A stretch of DNA of 32,000 nt, from the NCBI RefSeq assembly GCF_020969955.1, contig NZ_JAHDSX010000009.1:34682-66681 (forward strand). Direction: 5' to 3'. Below, one piece after another: positions 24,975-32,000 of the stretch (its first letter is position 1; each line of letters opens with the position of its first letter). Under the pieces are notes generated by a model. That model worked only from the letters and a program-made list of their open reading frames with translations, ran no database searches and was not told where the DNA came from. Both the position numbers and the translations under genes were made by a program. This DNA is from Allobaculum fili. GTDB lineage: Bacteria; Bacillota_I; Bacilli_A; Erysipelotrichales; Erysipelotrichaceae.

Positions 24975-26369
24975 TCAGTTTTTGTGCTTGCGGGATTCGA
25001 TGAGATTGCGGGCCGCATAGACACCGCTTGCGGACGCGTGGGAGAGGGAATGGGTAACGCCGGAGCAGTCGCCGATGACGTAAAGGCCTTTGCGGGATGT
25101 TTCGAGATGGTGATCGACTTCGACTTCCATGTTGTAAAACTTGACTTCCACGCCATAGAGCAGCGTATCGTCGCTGGCCGTCGATGGCGCTACCTTATCG
25201 AGTGCGTAAATCATTTCGATGATGTCATCGAGCTGACGTTTTGGAATGACCAGAGACAGATCGCCTGGAGTAGCTTTCAGCGTCGGACGGACAAAGCCGG
25301 AATCGATGCGATCCTGAGTGGAGCGCTGACCGCGGATCAGATCGCCGAAGCGCTGTACGATCACGCCGCCGCCGAGCATGTTGGACAGACGGGCAATCGA
25401 TTCGCCGTAGGCGTTGGATTCATGGAACGGTTCCGTAAAGTGGCTGGAGACGAGCAGCGCGAAGTTGGTGTTTTCCGTAAACAGGGACGGATCGGAATAC
25501 GAATGGCCGTTTACGGTAATGATGCCATTGGTGTTTTCGTTGACGACCACGCCATGCGGGTTCATGCAGAACGTACGGATTTTGTCCTGATACTTTTTGG
25601 AACGGTAGACGATTTTGGATTCGTAGAGAGAATCGGTCAGTTCGCTGAAGGTGACGTAGGGCACTTCCACACGAACGCCGATGTCAATGCGGCTGGCCTG
25701 GGATTTCAGGTTGAGATCCTTGCAGATGGATTCCATCCAGCGCGAGCCGGAACGGCCGGTGGAGATGATCATCTGATCGCCTTCAAAGCGGGATCCGTCG
25801 CTGCACCAGGCGATGTAGCGACCGTCCTTGGCGACGATCGAATCGGCATGATGGAAGAAGTGGAAGTCCACTTTGTCCTTCAGTTCGTTGTACAGATTGT
25901 TCAGAACGACGAGATTGACGTCGGTACCGAGGTGACGGACGTTCGCCTTAAGCAGATGCAGGTTGTTTTCCAGACATTTCTTGTAAAGACGGGCATCGCT
26001 GCCTTCGAAAAGACGCGTCTTGTCGCCGCCGCATTTACAGTTGATTTCGTCGACGTATTCCATCAGTTCGATGGCTTCTTTTTTGCCGGTGTATTCGTAA
26101 AGGGTGCCGCCGAATTCGTTGGTGATGTTGTATTTGCCATCGGAAAAGGCGCCGGCTCCGCCAAATCCGCTCATGATCGAGCAGGACGGGCAGCGTACGC
26201 AGGAAGGAACGGTGGTGCCGTTGATCGGACATTTTCTTTTGGAAAGGGGAGCGCCGCTTTCGAGAACGCCGATTCGTAAAGTCGGATCCAGCCGGGTCAG
26301 CTCATACGCCGCAAAAATACCGCCGGGACCTGCACCGATAATCAAGACATCGTAAGATACAGTTTCCAT
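24975..26369 (-). CDS. NAD(P)/FAD-dependent oxidoreductase, COG2509 type, with N-terminal Cys cluster
   Basis: VLIIGAGPGGIFAAYEL...VLESG, Cys cluster CPINGTTVPSCVRCPSC, GGAGAFSDGKYN, and C-terminal YVIGDCSGVTHSLSHASASG. AGGAG RBS. Confidence 0.8.
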   Translation of the reverse strand: METVSYDVLIIGAGPGGIFAAYELTRLDPTLRIGVLESGAPLSKRKCPINGTTVPSCVRCPSCSIMSGFGGAGAFSDGKYNITNEFGGTLYEYTGKKEAIELMEYVDEINCKCGGDKTRLFEGSDARLYKKCLENNLHLLKANVRHLGTDVNLVVLNNLYNELKDKVDFHFFHHADSIVAKDGRYIAWCSDGSRFEGDQMIISTGRSGSRWMESICKDLNLKSQASRIDIGVRVEVPYVTFSELTDSLYESKIVYRSKKYQDKIRTFCMNPHGVVVNENTNGIITVNGHSYSDPSLFTENTNFALLVSSHFTEPFHESNAYGESIARLSNMLGGGVIVQRFGDLIRGQRSTQDRIDSGFVRPTLKATPGDLSLVIPKRQLDDIIEMIYALDKVAPSTASDDTLLYGVEVKFYNMEVEVDHHLETSRKGLYVIGDCSGVTHSLSHASASGVYAARNLIESRKHKN

Positions 26370-26826
26370 AGTGTATATTCTCCTGGATTCCCTGAGGGAA
26401 TGGTTTTAAATCGTTTGCGGTGGGCCTGCACACCGGTTTCGCCAAGTCGTCCCAGACCGTGCAGACACACAAAAAGTCCCGCTTCCATCGGTGCATAGCG
26501 TATCCATGTCTGAATTTTCCAGAAGGATTCCTCCGGGAATATCGCTGCGACAAGTCCGAAACAAGCAGGATCAGGGCTGCTGCCAGAGAAAGGCCAAAGC
26601 CGCCCGAATACGGAATTATACGCAGGTCGGCCGCAAAAAACAACGCACAGCCTCTTGTGGAAAACGGAATTTTCAACGGGGTGAATTGAAATAGTAAATG
26701 CAGCGGTTGAACCTTTCTTTGGGGGATTTCGTCTTTGCAGCGCCAGCGCTGGATTCGGTCCTTCTGTCTGGATCTTTTCCGGACGTTCTGACTGAAAAGT
26801 CGATCGATCTGGCCTGAAATTCCATG

Positions 26827-26850
26827 AAAAAAGCCGGTCGCCTGACCGGC
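26827..26850 (-). terminator. Rho-independent terminator after the coaBC-coaX-small ORF unit
   Basis: Minus strand reads GCCGGTC-AGGC-GACCGGC followed by TTTTTT, about 20 nt after the small-ORF stop. Confidence 0.65.
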
Positions 26851-26871
26851 TCGATCCGCGAGAAACGGGAA

Positions 26872-27087
26872 TTATTCTTCTTCCTGAACGGTATCCCAGT
26901 CGGGTCCGATTTCAGGGGGCGTTTTGCCCGCAAGACGTTCCTTGAGAACGCGGATTTTCATATCCATATTGTTGTGGTTGACCTTCATGTAACGATGCAG
27001 AAAATAGTCCTGAACCTGGTTGTAAAGCGAAACCAGTTCCTGGTATTTCTTCTCGTCTTCTGAAACAGGCTGTTTGGAATCTGCCAT
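26872..27087 (-). CDS. Hypothetical 71-aa protein
   Basis: GGAGG RBS 8 nt before the ATG. Lies 42 nt downstream of coaX on the same strand and is followed by a terminator. I recognise no family. Confidence 0.55.
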   Translation of the reverse strand: MADSKQPVSEDEKKYQELVSLYNQVQDYFLHRYMKVNHNNMDMKIRVLKERLAGKTPPEIGPDWDTVQEEE

Positions 27088-27129
27088 ATTCGCTACCTCC
27101 GCGAATTCAGTATAGGCAGATCCGCTTTT

Positions 27130-27930
27130 CTAGGCGCCCGCTTTTGCCTGTGCTCTTGCCTTCTCGTATTCCCGGGTTCGCTCATACACCGTTTTGAGCC
27201 CCTTGAAAATCAGGTTGGGATCGTACACATCGATATAGTCGGTGTGCTGGCAGATCACACGGCCAAGACCGCCGGTGGCGATGACTTTGAAGTCGCCGCA
27301 TTCCTTGCGGAAGGCTTCCACCGTTTTTTCAAAGCCGCCCAGGAACTGGTAGAAAATTCCCGCCTGCATGGCCGTCTGGGTGTTGCGTCCCATAACGGAG
27401 CGCGGCTTCTTGATTTCGACTTCCGGCAGCTGGGCGGTCTGTCCCCAGAGGGCGTTGGCGCCGCTTTCGATGCCTACGCCGATGGCACCGGCTTTGAAGA
27501 CGCCGTCCGCATCGACATAGTCGTACGTCGTCGCGGTTCCAAAATCGACAACCAGCAGCGGCGTTCCGTATTCCTGAATGGCACCGGCGACGTCCGCAAT
27601 ACGGTCCGCACCGACGGAGCGCGGGTTTTCGAGCTGAACGCTCACGCCGGATTTGACGCCTGGACCGATGACGAGCGGCTCGATGCCGATGAATTTGACA
27701 ATGCCGTTGCGGAAGGAGTGCATCACTTTCGGGACAACCGAAGAGACGATGACGCCTTCGATCTGTTCCGTCTTGATTTTGGCGTTTTCCAGGAAATAGT
27801 GGAGCATGAAGCCGTATTCGTCGCTTGTGCGGCGCACTTTGGTGTTCATACGGTAGGTGCAGATCAGGTCGTCCTGATCGAAGACACCGATGGTGATGTT
27901 TGAGTTTCCGACATCAATGCACAGAAGCAT
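27130..27930 (-). CDS. coaX: Type III pantothenate kinase
   Basis: MLLCIDVGNSNITIGVF, SVGADRIADVAG and LLVVDFGTATTYDYV. Confidence 0.9.
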   Translation of the reverse strand: MLLCIDVGNSNITIGVFDQDDLICTYRMNTKVRRTSDEYGFMLHYFLENAKIKTEQIEGVIVSSVVPKVMHSFRNGIVKFIGIEPLVIGPGVKSGVSVQLENPRSVGADRIADVAGAIQEYGTPLLVVDFGTATTYDYVDADGVFKAGAIGVGIESGANALWGQTAQLPEVEIKKPRSVMGRNTQTAMQAGIFYQFLGGFEKTVEAFRKECGDFKVIATGGLGRVICQHTDYIDVYDPNLIFKGLKTVYERTREYEKARAQAKAGA

Positions 27931-29158
27931 GGTCGTGTTTTCCTTTCTGGATTTCGAGCATCGTCAGCAGAATCTTACGGCCGAGCTCTTCTTTCGTCTG
28001 GAGGGGCAGATGGGACAGGCTGTCTGGAGTCATGAGGGTAACGATATTGGTATCGGTCATGAAGCCGGCGCCCTGGGTGTGGAGATTGTTGGCGACAAGC
28101 AGGTCGCAGTTTTTCGACAGCATTTTTTCTCTGGCATTCGCGTCGAGATTTTCGGTTTCCATCGCAAAGCCGCAGAGCACCTGATCGTCTCGCTTATTCT
28201 GGCCAAGGCCGCGCAGAATGTCCGGGCTCTTAACGAATTCCATCGTCAGCGTATCGCCCGATTTTTTCATTTTCTGCTCATGCGTTGTGGCAAAGCGGTA
28301 GTCGGCAACGGCGGCGGCCATGATGATGAAATCCGCACTTTCGGCCTGTTCCTTCATCGCTTTTTCCAGATCGAGCGCGCTGACAATATCGATGCGTTTC
28401 ACATTTTCTGGCGTAGGCAGATGAACCGGGCCGGCGACGAGTACAGTGTCCGCACCAAGTTTGGCGGCAGCTGTCGCAATCGCAAAGCCCTGCTTGCCGG
28501 AAGAATGGTTGGACAGAAAACGGACGGGATCGAGCGCTTCCTGCGTCGGACCGGCGGAAACGACCACGCGCTTGCCGGCTAAAGGCAGAGGTTCGAGAGC
28601 AGCAGATGCTTCTTCCTGATTGTGAAGGGCGCTCTCGATGTGCGCAACGATCTCTTCGGGTTCAGCCAGACGGCCTTTTCCCGTTTCGGCGCACGCCAGC
28701 ATCCCTTCACCCGGTTCAATAAAGGACCAGCCGCGTTTAGCGAGAGTGGCAATATTGGTTTGCGTTGCCGGATTTTCATACATGTGGACGTTCATGGCCG
28801 GCGCAGCCAGAATCGGACACATGCAGGCGAGCAGCGCGGAAGAGAGCAGATCGTCGCCGATACCGCAGGCGGCTTTGGCGAGTATATTGGCATCCGCCGG
28901 CGCGATCACAAACAGATCGGCGCGGCGGGCAAGTTCAATGTGCGGAATGAGTGCTTCGTGCGTGCCGTCAAACTCATCGACGTATACATCGCGGTGCGAA
29001 AGTGCCGCAAAAGTCAGCGGGGGCACGAAGGCGGCGGCATGCCGGGTCAGAATCACATCGACCGCATAGCCTTTTTTCGTCAGAGAACTGACGATCGAAC
29101 AGGCCTTGAAAGCGGAAATGGATCCGGTCACGCCAAGTACAATGGTTTTCTTCTCCAT
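27914..29158 (-). CDS. coaBC: Bifunctional phosphopantothenoylcysteine decarboxylase / phosphopantothenate--cysteine ligase
   Basis: N-terminal flavoprotein domain KTIVLGVTGSISAFKA. CoaB domain VVVSAGPTQEALDPVRFLSNHSSGKQG. Overlaps the coaX start by 17 nt. Confidence 0.95.
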   Translation of the reverse strand: MEKKTIVLGVTGSISAFKACSIVSSLTKKGYAVDVILTRHAAAFVPPLTFAALSHRDVYVDEFDGTHEALIPHIELARRADLFVIAPADANILAKAACGIGDDLLSSALLACMCPILAAPAMNVHMYENPATQTNIATLAKRGWSFIEPGEGMLACAETGKGRLAEPEEIVAHIESALHNQEEASAALEPLPLAGKRVVVSAGPTQEALDPVRFLSNHSSGKQGFAIATAAAKLGADTVLVAGPVHLPTPENVKRIDIVSALDLEKAMKEQAESADFIIMAAAVADYRFATTHEQKMKKSGDTLTMEFVKSPDILRGLGQNKRDDQVLCGFAMETENLDANAREKMLSKNCDLLVANNLHTQGAGFMTDTNIVTLMTPDSLSHLPLQTKEELGRKILLTMLEIQKGKHDHASVH

Positions 29159-29411
29159 AATTTATCCTTTAATGATCGAAAGCCGTGTCGGTTCGCTGTC
29201 AGTCTTTAAAAGCAGAGAACTTCAAAAATGAAGATCTCCAAAAAGAGCAGACAGGAAAAGCGACCTGAAAAAAAAGAGAGGTCTTGCAGGAAGACTTTAC
29301 AGGTCCCAAGGCTTTTTAAAATTATAGCGGGATGGAATGTAATCCCCAAATCATTTGTCAGAACACGCGGATTTACACAGAGCGCATGCGGACGGCTGGT
29401 ATCATGAAACC

Positions 29412-30560
29412 ATGAAAATCTTTATCGCCTCGGACTCCTATAAAGGCTGCATGAGCAGCCGGGAGGCCAATTATCGAATTGAAAAAGGCATACACAAAGC
29501 CGACCCCCAGGCCAAGTGCAGCAGCTTCTGTATCAGCGACGGCGGCGAAGGGTTTGTCGAAGCGTTCGCGCAGGCGTTTCAGGCGCGTGTGGAAAAGGCG
29601 GAAGCGCACGATCTGTATGGACGGCCGCTGACCGTCAGCTACGCCTGGCAGCCTGAACGCAAAACCGTCTGTGTGGAAGCGGCGTCTGTTCTTGGCCTGA
29701 CGCTCTATCCAAGGCCGTCCAGACGGCCGATGGAAGCATCCAGCCACGGACTTGGCCAGCTTTGCGCTAAACTGATTCGCGAACTTTCCCCTCAGCAAGT
29801 CGTGATCGGACTGGGCGGAACCGGAACCAATGACGGCGGCATGGGCTTTCTGGGCGCTTTTGGAGCCAGATTTTACGACCGCAGCCGTCATCTGCTTCGG
29901 CCGAGCGCGCAGAACTTAAGCAAAATCGCGTTCATCGACAAGCGGGAATTTTCCTTCCCGGCGTCGGTTCAGTTTGTGGCTGCCTGCGATGTCTCCAATC
30001 CGTTTATCGGAGAAAACGGAGCCACGCATGTGTTCGGCCGGCAGAAAGGTCTGCGTCCGTTTCAGATCGCGGGCGTGGAAAAAGCAATGAGCTGGTTCTG
30101 CGCGAAAATTGATCAGACCTTTCATGTTAATCTCAATGCATATCCCGGAGCCGGCGCGGCCGGCGGACTGGGCGGCATGCTTGGCGCCGTCTTTGACGCC
30201 CGCATCGAGTCCGGAATCCGCCTTCTTGCATCCGGAAGCCGTATGATTGAAGAAATTCAGGACGCGGATCTTGTCATTACCGGGGAAGGGCAGAGCGACG
30301 AGCAGTCCGCCAACGGAAAAGCGGTCGCGCAGATCGGAAAAATGGCCAGCCAGTACGATAAACCGGTCGTCGTCATCAGCGGAGCCCTCTCCACCGGCTA
30401 TGAAAAGCTGTACGATCTGGGGATCGACGCGCTGTTTTCTACCGCGGACCGGGCTATGTCGTTTTCACAGGCTCTCAAAAGCGGTCCGGAAAAGCTCGAA
30501 GCCCAGGCGGAAAATATCATGCGTCTGCTTCAGGCCGCAGAAAGGATTTACAGGCGATGA
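29412..30560 (+). CDS. glxK: Glycerate kinase
   Basis: MKIFIASDSYKGCMSS, SDGGEGF and VITGEGQSDEQSANGKA. Start set at ATG 29412 (the family-typical N-terminus) rather than the listed TTG 29355. Confidence 0.85.
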   Translation: MKIFIASDSYKGCMSSREANYRIEKGIHKADPQAKCSSFCISDGGEGFVEAFAQAFQARVEKAEAHDLYGRPLTVSYAWQPERKTVCVEAASVLGLTLYPRPSRRPMEASSHGLGQLCAKLIRELSPQQVVIGLGGTGTNDGGMGFLGAFGARFYDRSRHLLRPSAQNLSKIAFIDKREFSFPASVQFVAACDVSNPFIGENGATHVFGRQKGLRPFQIAGVEKAMSWFCAKIDQTFHVNLNAYPGAGAAGGLGGMLGAVFDARIESGIRLLASGSRMIEEIQDADLVITGEGQSDEQSANGKAVAQIGKMASQYDKPVVVISGALSTGYEKLYDLGIDALFSTADRAMSFSQALKSGPEKLEAQAENIMRLLQAAERIYRR

Positions 30561-31084
30561 AATCTTATGTTTTAGTTTCGAGCGCGCTTTGCGCCAGCCT
30601 TGTGCTGGGGGCCTGTTCGAATACTTCGAAAAAGCCGTATACCGTTATTGATGTGACGATGGATGAACTCGATACGCTCTTAGAGGAAAAGAAAACCTTC
30701 CCTCTGCTCGTCGAGCGGGAAGGCTGCGCGTTCTGTGCCGCGATGAACAGCTATATCGATCAGACGAAAAACGAACATGACAACATCACGGTCTACCATC
30801 TCGATACCACCGAATTCAAGCTGTTCCGCAAAGAGGAAGGCGCCAAAACGCTGGTCAGCGATACCGAAGACGGCAAGCGTCTGCTGGAACTGTTCCCCTA
30901 TTTCCTCTATACGCCGGCGATTTACCGCATTGAAGACGGCAAGCCGGTGGACGGCGCGTTTGGCTATGACGAAACCAGACATACCGTCTCCCTCTGGAAT
31001 CTCGATTCCACTATCGACTGGGACGGCGCGCAGAATATTCCCGTCTGGGACTATCTCGAAGAGTGCCAGCCCAAAGCGCAGTAA
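30557..31084 (+). CDS. Lipoprotein with thioredoxin-like CxxC motif
   Basis: Lipobox LVLGAC after a signal peptide. EREGCAFCAAM lies in a thioredoxin-fold-like context. ATGA coupling to the glycerate kinase gene. Confidence 0.7.
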   Translation: MKSYVLVSSALCASLVLGACSNTSKKPYTVIDVTMDELDTLLEEKKTFPLLVEREGCAFCAAMNSYIDQTKNEHDNITVYHLDTTEFKLFRKEEGAKTLVSDTEDGKRLLELFPYFLYTPAIYRIEDGKPVDGAFGYDETRHTVSLWNLDSTIDWDGAQNIPVWDYLEECQPKAQ

Positions 31085-31125
31085 TTCCTACGGACAGGCA
31101 CGTCCCAGAAAAACAGGAAAGTCAG

Positions 31126-31155
31126 GCAGGATCTTTTCATAGGTCCTGCTTTTTC
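31126..31155 (+). terminator. Rho-independent terminator after the lipoprotein gene
   Basis: GCAGGATC-TTTTCATA-GGTCCTGC (8 bp including one G-U pair) followed by TTTTT. Confidence 0.6.
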
Positions 31156-31441
31156 ATGGCAGACCGTTTTACTTTGTTATCCCGGACAGATTACAGGCGT
31201 GAAAAAGCGCCATTTTGAGGGAAAATCGACAGGTTTGCGGCGGAAATCGCACCCAATACGAGGGATAGAAGAAAAGAAACACCGCTCTGCGCTTTGTGCG
31301 CTAGAATGTAAGAAAATGTAACAAAATGCGCCGCCAAGTCCCGCTGCACGCAGGGCTTTTCTGCGGCCGCTTTTTCTTCTTTTACCGGGCAAAAAGTGCC
31401 GGTCAGGGAAGGAAGAATTATGGAAAGGCAGGATATCATTT

Positions 31442-31849
31442 ATGTCTTCAACGAGATCGAGTGAACTGGAAAACAATGTTTTTTTCTGGCAGAAGCTGGA
31501 TACGCTGGTTCTTTCAGGAAATATGGAAACCATTCGGCAGGCCGGATCGCCGAGCGTGGACTATCCGCGGCTCTCCTATCCGGTGGACTATGTACGGATC
31601 ACGGACGCCATCAGTGCTAACGGGGTACCGCTGCTCGGGTTTAAAGGCGAAGGCAAGGGCCTTAGCGTCACCGCGATTATTGTGCAGGCGGACATTCTCG
31701 AGCGGGAGCTTCTGACCAAAGTGCTCATTGGCTGCGACGAAGAAGAGACAGAACGCATCGTCAAGTTCATCAACGCGGCAGAGTTTCAGAAAGCCATTCT
31801 CGTACGCCGTTCCAACACCGTTCCCACATGGGCGCAGGCGGAACAGTAA
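31442..31849 (+). CDS. Small protein resembling the short 'inorganic pyrophosphatase'-annotated family, with diverged motif positions
   Basis: Pattern FFWQKLDTLV...I.R..GS....YP..SYPVDY......(D/N)G......G...I..I....D...RE...KVLIGCDEEE matches my recollection of that family (FW..LD.L...IDRPKGS.HP...YP.DYGY...T...DG..ID.W). Weak RBS. Confidence 0.45.
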   Translation: MSSTRSSELENNVFFWQKLDTLVLSGNMETIRQAGSPSVDYPRLSYPVDYVRITDAISANGVPLLGFKGEGKGLSVTAIIVQADILERELLTKVLIGCDEEETERIVKFINAAEFQKAILVRRSNTVPTWAQAEQ

Positions 31850-32000
31850 ACCGTATTTTTTTTTCTGAGAATCCCAATGTCATTAAGTTAAGGAGGGATA
31901 AAAATCGTATACCCTGTTCATGAGCGTTGTCATTTCTTATATTTTGCGTCTCAGGCATGACGAAAAGGATGATTTTCTACCTGTTGAAAAAATCATCCTG

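Noticed and set aside
26417-26456. Minus-strand UCUGGGACGACUUGGCGAAACCGGUG...CCACCGC, resembling the 5' half of a ZTP (pfl) riboswitch. Also CCCUGAUCCUGC...GCAGCG (about 26540-26575), faintly TPP-like.
   Set aside because: The ZTP 3' element (CCGCCUGGGC-type pseudoknot partner) and the TPP CUGAGA box are absent. The downstream gene is not a purine/folate or thiamine gene. The resemblance is limited to short strings.
26549-26585. Plus-strand stretch GACAAGUCCGAAACAAGCAGGAUCAGGGC, resembling the SRP RNA helix-8 core (GUCAGGUCCGGAAGGAAGCAGC).
   Set aside because: The GGAA tetraloop and its closing pairs are not preserved, an indel is needed, and no flanking SRP-like helices could be drawn.
29355-29411. 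TTG 29355 start giving glycerate kinase a 19-aa N-terminal extension (MSEHADLHRAHADGWYHET).
   Set aside because: There is no RBS, and the glycerate kinase family begins at the MKI(F/V)IA(S/P)DS(Y/F)KG motif, which corresponds to ATG 29412.
31420-31464. 14-codon ORF MERQDIIYVFNEIE with GGAAGGA upstream, overlapping the start of the 31442 gene.
   Set aside because: It is too short and unsupported. The purine-rich stretch could equally be part of the downstream gene's own upstream signals.

Overview
This is a housekeeping-dominated chromosomal window from what looks like a moderately GC-rich Firmicute, judged from Bacillus-type synteny (yqeG-yqeH-yhbY-nadD-yqeK-rsfS-yqeM and tseB-dnaD-nth). Gene order, left to right: 3' end of recG; a HIT hydrolase (-); one ORF fusing MurF to Ddl, then alr and an AT3-family membrane protein; a COG2509-type FAD protein; the yqe ribosome-assembly/NAD cluster with nadD fused to yqeK; a SAM methyltransferase; mtnN; a DUF853/HerA-like ATPase (-); tseB-like, dnaD-like and nth. 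Next comes a four-gene sortase-dependent pilus locus (884-aa tip adhesin, 612-aa shaft pilin, class C sortase, 341-aa base pilin). The rest is DUF4298 and a second COG2509 FAD protein (-); coaBC-coaX-small ORF (-); glycerate kinase; a CxxC lipoprotein; and a small pyrophosphatase-like protein. I found no rRNA, tRNA, CRISPR array, transposase/integrase or recognisable defence or toxin system, and I do not see a convincing, wholly new multi-gene system. Five things are most worth a second look: (1) the MurF-Ddl fusion and its alr/AT3 neighbours; (2) the pilus locus, which has non-canonical sorting signals and an adhesin head I cannot assign; (3) an 18-nt tandem repeat encoding a Met-rich upstream ORF in front of the methyltransferase/mtnN genes; (4) a recurrent intergenic ATCCAGAC(A) motif; (5) a roughly 450-nt untranslated region in front of the second FAD protein. 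All calls rest on by-eye motif recognition in the supplied translations and sequence. No searches or folding programs were run.
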